Assembly (NCBI GenBank): GCA_038063995.1
Contig: JBBTUA010000007.1
Span: 5,219 to 69,218 of the forward strand
Direction of reading: 5' to 3'
Length of the DNA: 64,000 nt
Origin: Patescibacteria group bacterium
Lineage (GTDB): Bacteria > Patescibacteriota > Minisyncoccia > 2-02-FULL-40-12
Shown: positions 55,583-64,000 of the stretch, one piece after another
Layout of the letters: each line of letters starts with the position of its first letter
Position numbering within the stretch: the stretch's first letter is position 1
Position numbers and translations under genes: made by a program
The notes under the pieces: generated by a model
Seen by the model: only the letters and a program-made list of their open reading frames with translations
Database searches by the model: none
What the model was told of the DNA's origin: nothing

Positions 55583-56407
55583 ATGAAACACTATAAACCA
55601 ATAACTCCGGGGAGAAGACAGATGACCGGATACGATTTTAAAGGCTTATCAAAAGCCAGACCTTTGAGATCTTTGGTTATAGATTTGAAAAAGAATCCGG
55701 GGCGGGCTTCAAACGGAAGAATAACTTCAAGGCATAAGGGCGGCGGCCACAAAAAACTTTACAGGCTTATTGATTTCAAACAAAACAGATTTGATATTCC
55801 GGCTCGCGTTCAATCAATAGAATACGATCCTTACCGAAGCGCGAGAATCGCTTTAGTCAGCTATGTTGATGGAGAAAAAAGATATATTTTATCGCCTGAC
55901 GGCCTCAAGTCTGGAGATAAGATTCAATCATTTTCCGGCAAAGGAGGGATTGATATTGGAAACAGGATGAAATTAAAATTTATTTCCCAAGGGACTCTGG
56001 TTCATAATATCGAAATCAATCCGGGCCAAGGCGGCAAAATCGTCAGATCAGCCGGCACATCCTGTCAGGTTTTGGCCACAGAAGGCAGATATACTCAATT
56101 GAAAATGCCTTCCGGTGAAATAAGAATGTTTTTGTCGGAAAGCCGGGCTTCAATAGGCCAGGTTTCGAATCCGGAGCATATTCATATCAATTTTGGGAAA
56201 GCCGGCCGCTCAAGGTGGAAAGGCATTCGGCCGCGGGTCAGAGGTTCGGCTATGAATCCAGTTGATCATCCTCATGGCGGCGGCGAAGGAGCCCAGCCGA
56301 TAGGTTTATCCGGCCCTAAAACACCTTGGGGAAAGCCTGCCCGCGGAGTTAAAACCAGAAAGAGAAAAAAGAGATCAAGTAGATTAATTTTGAAGCGAAG
56401 AAAATGA
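55583..56407 (+). CDS. rplB: 50S ribosomal protein L2
   Basis: HPHGGGEG. Confidence 0.95.
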   Translation: MKHYKPITPGRRQMTGYDFKGLSKARPLRSLVIDLKKNPGRASNGRITSRHKGGGHKKLYRLIDFKQNRFDIPARVQSIEYDPYRSARIALVSYVDGEKRYILSPDGLKSGDKIQSFSGKGGIDIGNRMKLKFISQGTLVHNIEINPGQGGKIVRSAGTSCQVLATEGRYTQLKMPSGEIRMFLSESRASIGQVSNPEHIHINFGKAGRSRWKGIRPRVRGSAMNPVDHPHGGGEGAQPIGLSGPKTPWGKPARGVKTRKRKKRSSRLILKRRK

Positions 56408-56444
56408 AAATATTTAAATATTTAAATATTTAAACTTTTTATTT
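56408..56444 (+). promoter_or_regulatory. TTTAAATATTTAAAT intergenic motif upstream of rpsS
   Basis: aaaatatttaaatatttaaatatttaaac; same motif family at 55185-55203, 56787-56824, 58100-58151, 58790-58830, 59197-59212, 59519-59537, 60303-60342, 60745-60776. Confidence 0.6.
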
Positions 56445-56786
56445 ATGTCCAGATCACTCAAAAAAGGCCCATATGTTGATCCAAAACTGATGAAGAAAAT
56501 CAGCCGTCTTAAGCAAGGAGATAAAGCAGTTATTAAAACCTGGTCCAGAGATTCTACTATTGTTCCTGAAATGGTTGGTTTCACTTTCGGAGTGCATAAC
56601 GGCAAAATTCATATTCCTGTTTTCATTACCGAGGAGATGGTCGGGCATAAATTGGGAGAATTCAGTTTGACCAGAAAATTCGTGAGGCACGGAGGAAAGA
56701 TGCAGAGAGAGATTGAGGCCCAAGCCAAATTAAGGGAAATAGAGGCGGCTAAAGCTGCAAAGGCCACCGAAGAAATTAAAAAATGA
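56445..56786 (+). CDS. rpsS: 30S ribosomal protein S19
   Basis: [12 protein letters not shown]. Confidence 0.9.
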   Translation: MSRSLKKGPYVDPKLMKKISRLKQGDKAVIKTWSRDSTIVPEMVGFTFGVHNGKIHIPVFITEEMVGHKLGEFSLTRKFVRHGGKMQREIEAQAKLREIEAAKAAKATEEIKK

Positions 56787-56824
56787 TGTTTAAATATTTA
56801 AATGTTTAAATATATAAATTATAT

Positions 56825-57376
56825 ATGCCGCAAATTACCGCAAAACTTAATTATTTGAGAATCGCTCCCCGAAAAGTAAGGGCTGTGGTTGATTTGATCA
56901 AGGGCTTGGATGTTGATTTGGCTGAAGCTCAGTTGAGGTATCTGACAAGACGGCCAGCCAAACCTTTGCTTAAACTTTTGAATTCTGCCGTGGCTAACGC
57001 CCGCCAGAACGCCGGGCTCAATAAGAATCATCTTTACATTAAAGAGATTACCGTAGATGAAGGGATGAAATTGAAAAGGTATAAACCAAAGGGTTTCAGT
57101 CTTATTATGCCGATTCAGAAAAAAACATCTCATATAAGAATAGTTTTGGACGAGCTTTCTGAAGAAACAAAGAAAAAGAAAGACGAGCTTATAGCCAAAA
57201 TGCCGAAATTAGAAGCAGTTAAAGAAAAACCAGCGGATTTGAAAGTTGAAAAAGAAGCAAAAGCCGAAAAACCGAGATTTGGAAAAGAAAAACAAATTCC
57301 AAGTACGCAAAAGAAAAGCAGGTTCGGCGAGATAAAGACTTTAGGTCGGAGGATTTTTAGAAGAAAAGCGGTATGA
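56825..57376 (+). CDS. rplV: 50S ribosomal protein L22 with Lys/Glu-rich C-terminal extension
   Basis: NYLRIAPRKVRAVVDLIKG. Confidence 0.85.
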   Translation: MPQITAKLNYLRIAPRKVRAVVDLIKGLDVDLAEAQLRYLTRRPAKPLLKLLNSAVANARQNAGLNKNHLYIKEITVDEGMKLKRYKPKGFSLIMPIQKKTSHIRIVLDELSEETKKKKDELIAKMPKLEAVKEKPADLKVEKEAKAEKPRFGKEKQIPSTQKKSRFGEIKTLGRRIFRRKAV

Positions 57377-57385
57377 AATAATGAA

Positions 57386-57466
57386 TAGCTCTCCTTCGCT
57401 AAAGCTTCGGAGGAGCACTTCTTCGCTAGAAGAAATGCTTGCACTTCGAAGCTCCGAAGGAGCGAA
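57386..57466. repeat. nested inverted-repeat element (cgaag/cttcg family) inserted between rplV and rpsC
   Basis: TCCTTCGCTAAAGCTTCGGAGGAG followed by CACTTCTTCGCT .. AGCGAAGAAGTG inverted repeats. Confidence 0.7.
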
Positions 57467-57469
57467 GAA

Positions 57470-58099
57470 GTGGGACAAAAAACTTCACCAATTTCAATGA
57501 GAATAGGTTTTACCCAGGATTGGCGCTCCCGGTATTTTTCCGAACGCGAAATGATCAAGTACCTTAAAGAGGATGTAAAGATCCGCCAGTTTTTGGAGAA
57601 GAAATTAAGATTTATGAATGTAGATCGGATTGAGATCGAGAGAACCGCCGGCCAGCTGAAAGTCATTATTTTCACCTCGCGGCCCGGTTTGATTATCGGC
57701 CGGGCAGGAAGCGGAAGCGAAGAGCTTAAAAAAGAAATTGACAAGCTTATCAAAAGCTCTGTTCCTGTAAGGATTGAAATTCAGGAATATAGAAATTCTG
57801 AAAGTTCTGCGGCTATTATGGCTGAACAGATTATTGAGAGAATCGAAAAAAGAGTGCCTTTCCGCAGGGTAATAAAACAGGCATTGTCGAAAATAATCTC
57901 TAACCGGGAGGTAAAAGGGGCAAAGATCGAAATTAAAGGCCGTTTGGACGGAGCCGAGATAGCCAGAACCGAGCATTTAGAGCAGGGTTTGATGCCTCTT
58001 CAGAAATTGACCGCTGATATCGATTTTGCTAAAAATACTGCTTACACCACCTATGGAACAGTAGGGGTGAAGGTATGGATATACAAAAGGAATATTTAA
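57470..58099 (+). CDS. rpsC: 30S ribosomal protein S3
   Basis: (GTG start) GQKTSPISMRIGF; KH domain. Confidence 0.9.
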   Translation: MGQKTSPISMRIGFTQDWRSRYFSEREMIKYLKEDVKIRQFLEKKLRFMNVDRIEIERTAGQLKVIIFTSRPGLIIGRAGSGSEELKKEIDKLIKSSVPVRIEIQEYRNSESSAAIMAEQIIERIEKRVPFRRVIKQALSKIISNREVKGAKIEIKGRLDGAEIARTEHLEQGLMPLQKLTADIDFAKNTAYTTYGTVGVKVWIYKRNI

Positions 58100-58151
58100 A
58101 CAAAAATATATTTAAATGTTTAAATATTAAAAGTATTTAAATATATTCATT

Positions 58152-58559
58152 ATGGCTATTCAACCAAGAAGAATAAAACATCCAAAAGTTCATAAAGGCC
58201 GGCTTAAAAAATTTGCAAGCCGCGGTTTGAATCTGGCTTTCGGTTCTTTCGGTTTAAAGTCATTGGAATCAAGCTGGGTGAAAGTTAATCAGATTGAAGC
58301 GGCCCGCAGGACGCTTTTAAGATATCTTCAAAAGGGCGGAAAGATATGGATCAGAGTTTTTCCGGATAAACCGAGAACCGCAAGAAGTCCGGAGCTTGGA
58401 ATGGGAGGCGGAGCCGGCGCATTAAGCCATTTTGTCGCTCCAGTCGAAGCAGGCAGAATTTTGTTCGAGTTGGACGGCATTCCGGAAGAGACCGCCAAAG
58501 AAGCCCTGGAATTGGCCAGTCATAAATTGCCGGTTAAAACAAGATTTATTAAACGATGA
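58152..58559 (+). CDS. rplP: 50S ribosomal protein L16
   Basis: [14 protein letters not shown]. Confidence 0.9.
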   Translation: MAIQPRRIKHPKVHKGRLKKFASRGLNLAFGSFGLKSLESSWVKVNQIEAARRTLLRYLQKGGKIWIRVFPDKPRTARSPELGMGGGAGALSHFVAPVEAGRILFELDGIPEETAKEALELASHKLPVKTRFIKR

Positions 58560-58789
58560 TTAAGAGAAAATTAAAAGGATTAGTTGTTTCTGACAAAATG
58601 GATAAGACCATTGTTGTTTCAATTATCCGTTTGAAGAAGCACCCGAAATACAAAAAATATTTCAAGGTGACAAAAAGATTCAAGGCTCACGATCAAAATA
58701 ATGAGTATCACATCGGAGACAAAGTTTTAGTCGAAGAAACAAGGCCGATTTCAAAAGAGAAGAGATGGAAAGTAATAGGAAAAGTTTAA
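58556..58789 (+). CDS. rpsQ: 30S ribosomal protein S17 (no L29 gene between rplP and rpsQ)
   Basis: [16 protein letters not shown]. Confidence 0.85.
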   Translation: MIKRKLKGLVVSDKMDKTIVVSIIRLKKHPKYKKYFKVTKRFKAHDQNNEYHIGDKVLVEETRPISKEKRWKVIGKV

Positions 58790-58830
58790 ATGAGAATATT
58801 TAAATATTTAGACATTTAAATGTATTCGGC

Positions 58831-59196
58831 ATGATTCAATTGAGAAGCATCATATCAGTAGCAGATAATTCGGGCGCCAAAATAATAGGCGTGATTAGGG
58901 TTTTAAAAGGGCATAAAGGGAAATACGGGGAAATCGGAGACATTGTGGTCGGTTCAGTTAAAGAGGCTGAACCGAGAAAAGCAATTAAGAAAAAAGATAT
59001 AGTTCACGCTTTGATCGTAAGACAGAGAAAGCCGTTAAGAAGAAAAGACGGCTCATATGTCAGATTTGACGATAACGCCGTAGTCATAATAGAAGGCAAA
59101 GAGCCGAAAGCAACGAGAATTTTCGGGCCTATCGCCAGAGAGGTTAAGGAAAGAGGTTTTAGTACGATTGCTTCAATGGCCGAGGAACTTGTTTGA
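58831..59196 (+). CDS. rplN: 50S ribosomal protein L14
   Basis: MIQLRSIISVADNSGAK. Confidence 0.95.
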   Translation: MIQLRSIISVADNSGAKIIGVIRVLKGHKGKYGEIGDIVVGSVKEAEPRKAIKKKDIVHALIVRQRKPLRRKDGSYVRFDDNAVVIIEGKEPKATRIFGPIAREVKERGFSTIASMAEELV

Positions 59197-59212
59197 GTTT
59201 AAATATTTAAAT

Positions 59213-59518
59213 ATGAAGATTAGAGCAGGCGACACAATAATAATGATTACTGGAAAAGACCGGGGCAAAACCGGCAAAATTTTACGTTCTTTTCCCCAAG
59301 AAAATAAAGTTGTTGTGGAAGGGTTGAATTTAGTTAAAAAACATCAAAGGCCGCGCCGCCAGGGGCAGAAAGGCGAAATTATATCATTGCCTAGTTCAGT
59401 TGGTATTTCAAAAGTTATGCTTGTCTGCCAGCATTGCAAAAAGCCTTCCCGTATGGGCTTAAAGCATCAAGATGGGAAAAAAATAAGAGTTTGCAAAAGA
59501 TGTAAAGGAGAAAACTGA
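59213..59518 (+). CDS. rplX: 50S ribosomal protein L24 with C-terminal zinc-ribbon-like CxxC..CxxC
   Basis: MKIRAGDTIIMITGKDRGKTGKI; start at internal Met after the TTTAAATAT motif. Confidence 0.85.
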   Translation: MKIRAGDTIIMITGKDRGKTGKILRSFPQENKVVVEGLNLVKKHQRPRRQGQKGEIISLPSSVGISKVMLVCQHCKKPSRMGLKHQDGKKIRVCKRCKGEN

Positions 59519-59537
59519 AAATATTAAACATTTAAAT

Positions 59538-60086
59538 ATGTCAAGATTACTTCAAAATTATAAAGAAAAAACAGCCCCTGCTATGCAGGCTAAATTTGGG
59601 TATAAAAATATAATGGCTGTGCCCAGAATTTCAAAAGTCGTAATCAACGTGGGTTCCGGCAAAGCAGATTCTGATCCAAAATTGAAGGATAGAATTCAGA
59701 AAGATTTAGCTGCCGTTACCGGCCAACGGCCGGCTATAAAAAAAGCGAGGAAGTCAATTTCCGGATTCAAGGTCCGAGAGGGAATGATTGTCGGTTTAAC
59801 TTCTACATTGAGAGGAAAAAGAATGTATGATTTTTTGGAGCGGTTGATATCTATCGCTTTACCAAGATCGCGCGATTTTCGTGGAATCAGCACCAAATCA
59901 TTTGACCATAAAGGAAGCTTGAACATCGGATTAAGGGAGCAGATAATTTTTCCCGAAGTGTCTTATGAATCATCAAAGGATATTTTTTCTTTTCAGATTA
60001 CCGTCGCCACTACAGCCAAAACCAAACAAGAAGGAATCGAGCTTTTAAAATTTATGGGATTTCCGCTTACAGAAGCAAAAATCTGA
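59538..60086 (+). CDS. rplE: 50S ribosomal protein L5
   Basis: RLLQNYKEK .. NIMAVPRISKVVIN. Confidence 0.9.
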   Translation: MSRLLQNYKEKTAPAMQAKFGYKNIMAVPRISKVVINVGSGKADSDPKLKDRIQKDLAAVTGQRPAIKKARKSISGFKVREGMIVGLTSTLRGKRMYDFLERLISIALPRSRDFRGISTKSFDHKGSLNIGLREQIIFPEVSYESSKDIFSFQITVATTAKTKQEGIELLKFMGFPLTEAKI

Positions 60087-60116
60087 TATTTCGAAATTCC
60101 GATATATCTAAATCGT

Positions 60117-60302
60117 ATGGTTAAAAAATCATTATTTGCCAGATTAGAAAAACCGAGAAAGTATAAAATCCGAACAAGGAATCATTGTTTTATTTGCGGA
60201 AGAACCAAAGGCTATATGAGAAAGTTCGGATTATGCAGAATACATTTTCGGGAATTGGCGTCAAGAGGTGAAATTCCGGGAGTAAAAAAATCATCATGGT
60301 AA
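60117..60302 (+). CDS. rpsN: 30S ribosomal protein S14 type Z (zinc-binding)
   Basis: 61 aa; [18 protein letters not shown]. Confidence 0.9.
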   Translation: MVKKSLFARLEKPRKYKIRTRNHCFICGRTKGYMRKFGLCRIHFRELASRGEIPGVKKSSW

Positions 60303-60342
60303 TAATGACGTTTAAATATTTAAATATTTAAATATATTCGAT

Positions 60343-60744
60343 ATGGATACAATTTCAGACTTTTTCATCAGAATAAAAAATGCTTACCTGGCTAAAAAAG
60401 ACCGGGTGGTTATTCCTTTTTCAAGAATGAAATATCAGTTAGCCGAGATTTTAGAAAAAAAAGGTTTTATTTCCGCTGTAAGGAAAAAGAAAAGAATAAA
60501 GAAAAACGGATATGGCGAGATTCTGCTTGATTTGAAGTTGAAATATGACCATAATGAATCGCCCCTTAATGATATAAAGCTTGTTTCCAGGCCCAGCCGA
60601 AGGATTTATTTGAAAAAAGATGAAATTAAACCAGTGAGAGACGGGTATGGAATATTAATAATTTCAACCTCTCGGGGTATTATGACCGGCGAAGAGGCTA
60701 AAGAACTGGGCCTTGGCGGCCAGGCCATCGCCGAGGTATGGTAA
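60343..60744 (+). CDS. rpsH: 30S ribosomal protein S8
   Basis: DTISDFFIRIKNA. Confidence 0.9.
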   Translation: MDTISDFFIRIKNAYLAKKDRVVIPFSRMKYQLAEILEKKGFISAVRKKKRIKKNGYGEILLDLKLKYDHNESPLNDIKLVSRPSRRIYLKKDEIKPVRDGYGILIISTSRGIMTGEEAKELGLGGQAIAEVW

Positions 60745-60776
60745 TTACAACATTTAAACATTTAAATATATTAAGT

Positions 60777-61340
60777 ATGTCACGGATCGGAAAACAGCCA
60801 ATTAAAATTCTGCCAGACACTCAAGTTAAAATTGAAGGCGGTTTTATCTATGTAAAAGGGCCTAAGGGTGAGATGGTCAAGCCGATAAATAAATCGGTTA
60901 ATGTCGAGATCGCGGAAGGAGAAATACGGGTTAGTCCGAAAAGCACTTCTAAAGAAGCAAGGGCTCTTTGGGGCACTTATCGCGCTTTGATAAATAATAT
61001 GATAAAGGGAGCAAAGGATGGTTTCGAAAAGGTTTTAGTTTATGAAGGAATCGGATTCAAATCAGAAGTAAAGCAGGATTCATCGGCTGAATCGGGAAAA
61101 GTTATTCAGCTTAACGTCGGTTTTACTCATCCGGTAATAGTTCCGGCGCCTAAAGGCATTGATTTTAAAACAGAGAAAAACCAGATAACGGTTTCTGGCG
61201 CGGATAAAGAACTGGTTGGCCAGACAGCCGCGAATATTAGAAAAGTTAAGCCGCCAGAGCCTTATAAGGGCAAGGGAATCAGGTATAAAGATGAAGTGAT
61301 ATTAAGAAAAGCCGGTAAAAAAGCAGTGACCACTGGATAG
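60777..61340 (+). CDS. rplF: 50S ribosomal protein L6
   Basis: MSRIGKQPIKI; start at internal Met. Confidence 0.9.
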   Translation: MSRIGKQPIKILPDTQVKIEGGFIYVKGPKGEMVKPINKSVNVEIAEGEIRVSPKSTSKEARALWGTYRALINNMIKGAKDGFEKVLVYEGIGFKSEVKQDSSAESGKVIQLNVGFTHPVIVPAPKGIDFKTEKNQITVSGADKELVGQTAANIRKVKPPEPYKGKGIRYKDEVILRKAGKKAVTTG

Positions 61341-61394
61341 AATATAGAACACAGAATATAGAATCTGATTCTATATTCTAAATTCTACATTCCA
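61339..61394. repeat. AGAATATAGAA-family palindromic repeat between rplF and rplR
   Basis: GAATATAGAACACAGAATATAGAAT ctga TTCTATATTCTAAATTCTA; a 20-mer is shared with the ileS coding copy at 23481-23515. Confidence 0.7.
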
Positions 61395-61395
61395 A

Positions 61396-61722
61396 ATGGA
61401 TAGCAAAACAAAACGGGAAAAAAGAATAATAAGACATAAACGCGTAAGAGCTGTTATTAAAGGAACGGCAGCGCGGCCGAGGCTTTCTGTTTTCCGTTCA
61501 AACAAACACATTTATGCCCAGTTGATTGATGATACAAAAGGAATAACTTTGCTTAGCTCTAGCGATAAAAAATCGACTGCTTTAAAAATAGGAGAAGATT
61601 TGGCAAAGAAAGCGGTTGAAAAAGGAATAAAAGAGGTCGTTTTTGACCGAGGCGGCTATAAATATCATGGCCGAGTCAAGGATATTGCTGAAGGAGCAAG
61701 AAGCGGCGGTCTAAAATTATGA
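61396..61722 (+). CDS. rplR: 50S ribosomal protein L18
   Basis: [18 protein letters not shown]. Confidence 0.9.
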   Translation: MDSKTKREKRIIRHKRVRAVIKGTAARPRLSVFRSNKHIYAQLIDDTKGITLLSSSDKKSTALKIGEDLAKKAVEKGIKEVVFDRGGYKYHGRVKDIAEGARSGGLKL

Positions 61723-62255
61723 ATAAAGAAAATCCTATTGTAAATACTTCCAGCCCGGTTTTAGAAGGAGCCAAATCGGAAAAAGAAATTATTGCCCGGT
61801 TGGATAATAGAGAGGTTCAAGAGTATGAGCAGAAAGTTTTAGATATTGCCAGAGTGACCAGAGTCACGAAAGGAGGAAAGAGATTTACTTTCCGGGCGGC
61901 CATTATTATTGGCAATAAGGCCGGAAAAGTCGGATTTGGAATCGGAAAAGGCGCTGATGTGGCTCAATCAGTTGAAAAAGCCTTTAAGCAGGCAAAAAAG
62001 CATTTGATCAATGTGATCTTTAAAGATACAAGCATTCCTCATAGAATCGAAGCAAAAATGAATAGCGCCGTGGTATTTTTAAAGCCCGCGCCTCGCGGAA
62101 GCGGAGTAAGGGCCGGCGGGCCGATGAGAGTTATTGCGAAACTGGCCGGCATAGAAGATATCAGCGGAAAAATAATTTCCAAAACAAACAACAAAATAAA
62201 TATCGCTAAAGCGACAATAGAAGCGTTGAAGAAGTTAAGAGTTAAAAGTTCATAA
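61719..62255 (+). CDS. rpsE: 30S ribosomal protein S5 (no L30 gene follows)
   Basis: [16 protein letters not shown]. Confidence 0.9.
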   Translation: MNKENPIVNTSSPVLEGAKSEKEIIARLDNREVQEYEQKVLDIARVTRVTKGGKRFTFRAAIIIGNKAGKVGFGIGKGADVAQSVEKAFKQAKKHLINVIFKDTSIPHRIEAKMNSAVVFLKPAPRGSGVRAGGPMRVIAKLAGIEDISGKIISKTNNKINIAKATIEALKKLRVKSS

Positions 62256-62303
62256 AGTTTGTAAAGTTATAAAGTTTTTACTTTATGAACTTGTAACTAA
62301 ATT

Positions 62304-62753
62304 ATGCAATTACACGAAATAAAACCTTCAATCAAAAGAAAAAATAAAAAGCGCGTCGGCCGGGGAGGAAAGCGCGGAACTTATTCGGGCAAGGGTTTGA
62401 AAGGCCAGAAATCCCGCGCCGGAGCCGGAATAAAGCCGGGTTTTCGGGGAGGAGACACGCCGCTTTGGAAAAAATTCCACAAATCCCGAGGCGCCACGAA
62501 AAAGCTTGAAATAAAAAAGCTCGGTTTTCAGCTTAGAAATCCGAAACCCGCGATAGTGAATCTCAAAGATTTAAATAAAAGATTTGCCGACGGCGAAGTG
62601 GTTTCGCCAAAAACCTTGTTTGAGAAAAAACTGGTGAAAAGCACAAGAAGGGGAGTTAAGATATTGGGGAAAGGAGAACTTCGCAAAAAGCTGGTTTTTA
62701 AAAATGTTCTAATGTCCCAATCAGCTAAAGAAAGATTAAAGAATGACAGATAA
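62304..62753 (+). CDS. rplO: 50S ribosomal protein L15
   Basis: GRGGKRGTYSGKG. Confidence 0.9.
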   Translation: MQLHEIKPSIKRKNKKRVGRGGKRGTYSGKGLKGQKSRAGAGIKPGFRGGDTPLWKKFHKSRGATKKLEIKKLGFQLRNPKPAIVNLKDLNKRFADGEVVSPKTLFEKKLVKSTRRGVKILGKGELRKKLVFKNVLMSQSAKERLKNDR

Positions 62754-64000
62754 ATTTTTAAAGTTATTCAAAATTCCTGATTTGAGAAAAAGATTAATTT
62801 TTATAGTTGCCCTTCTTGTTGTTTTTCGAATAGCCGCCGCAATTCCTATTCCCGGAATCGATACTTCAAGGCTTGCCCAGTTTTTTAGCCAGAACCAGCT
62901 TTTCGGCTTGATCAGCCTTTTTACCGGAGGAGGGCTTGAAACTCTTTCGATCGTTATGCTTGGAGTCGGCCCTTACATTACCGCTTCGATCATTATGCAG
63001 CTTTTAACAATGATTTTCCCCCAGCTTGAGCAAATGTATAAATACGAAGGCGAAGCCGGAAGGCAGAAATTTAACCAGTATTCCAGGCTTTTAACTTTTC
63101 CTTTGGCTTTTTTGCAGGGGTTCGGTTTTTTGACATTGCTTTCGCGGCAAGGCGTCATCGGCGTTTTGTCTTTAAACCAGTGGTTTATCTCTTTGCTGGT
63201 GGTTACTAGCGGAACTATATTTGTAATGTGGCTTGGCGAGTTGATTTCGGAAAAAAATCTTGGCAATGGAATCTCCCTTCTTATTTTTGCCGGCATTGTC
63301 GCTCAAGGGCCCCAGGCAATCAGACAGCTTTATTTCGGCTATGACCCAAGCCAGCTTTTTACTTACATCGGTTATTTCATTTTAGCCCTTGTGATCATAG
63401 GCGGAGTGGTTTATATCACCGAGGCCCAGCGCCAGATTCCGATAAATTACGCTAAAAGAGTCAGAGGTTTTAAAATGTACGGCGGAGTCTCGACTTACCT
63501 GCCGCTTCGGGTGAATCAAGCCGGCGTCATACCAATTATTTTTGCTTTATCGATTCTTCTTTTCCCCGGCATGGTGGCTAATTTCTTTGTCGGCTCGAAT
63601 ATTGCTTTCCTTTCCAATCTGGCCAGAAGCTTTAATATTTTTTTGAATAATCAGTTGATCTACGGATTATTGTATTTTGTTTTGGTTGTCGGATTCACTT
63701 ATTTTTACACGGCGGTTACTTTTGATCCGAAATCAATTTCGGAGAATATTCAGAAACAGGGCGGTTATATTCCCGGCATCAGGCCTGGACCTTCCACTGC
63801 CCAATTTTTAACCCATCTGCTTAACCGGATTACTCTTGTGGGAGCGGTATTTCTCGGTTTGATAGCGGTTTTGCCTTCTCTTGTTCAGGTTTTCACGGGC
63901 ATCACCGCTTTTACTCTCGGCGGCACTTCGCTTTTGATTTTGGTTTCCGTGGCCCTGGAAATGATGAAGCAGATCGAAGGCCAGCTCTCGATGTATGAAT
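62742..64000 (+). CDS. secY: preprotein translocase SecY (3'-partial, runs off window)
   Basis: MTDKFLKLFKIPDLRKRLIFIVALLVVFRIAAAIPIPGID; frame stays open to the window end. Confidence 0.85.

Overview
The window looks like a low-GC, reduced genome (GC judged by eye) with the character of a Candidate Phyla Radiation / Patescibacteria bacterium. Reasons: many aminoacyl-tRNA synthetase and translation genes, split comEC, no L29 or L30 in the ribosomal cluster, and arrays of small pilin-like proteins. Several short GC-rich islands interrupt it (1-1560, 2446-2900, 35633-38070, 47030-47940).

Contents, left to right:
- GC-rich hypothetical pair, then a nucleotidyltransferase.
- Five tandem pilin-like paralogs, a SAM methyltransferase, tRNA-Leu(TAG), Hsp20, PrsW.
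- valS, tsaD, tRNA-Glu, and a tRNA-adjacent HTH protein.
- DUF378, then rplT-rpmI-infC (minus strand).
- smpB, then tmRNA (ssrA) with a small downstream islet (GIY-YIG gene) bounded by a 15-nt repeat of the tmRNA 3' end.
- ccdA/TlpA redox pair, DoxX, HtrA.
- argS, ileS (carrying an embedded histidine-phosphatase domain), glyQS, M16 peptidase, AI-2E transporter.
- rsmI, metG, leuS, tsaC, glyA.
- GC-rich island with a deoxyhypusine-synthase-like gene.
- folD, PAP2, lepB, a RelE-type toxin-antitoxin pair, tRNA-Leu(CAA), parA/parB-like.
- comEC plus a separate MBL-domain gene, ndk, tRNA-Pro(GGG), rpmB, M50 protease.
- str/S10/spc ribosomal cluster: rpsL-rpsG-fusA-tuf-rpsJ ... rplO-secY (secY partial).

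The most notable signal is a fragmented diversity-generating retroelement (DGR). It comprises two reverse-transcriptase gene fragments 10 kb apart, an adenine-rich template-repeat-like segment, GC-rich target-like ORFs whose 3' ends differ from the template mainly at template adenines, and an Avd-like four-helix-bundle gene.

Three dispersed repeat families are also present. One is a cgaag/cttcg hairpin family inserted in-frame into valS, tsaD and the GIY-YIG gene. One is AGAATATAGAA-type. One is a TTTAAATATTTAAAT motif in front of nearly every ribosomal-protein gene.
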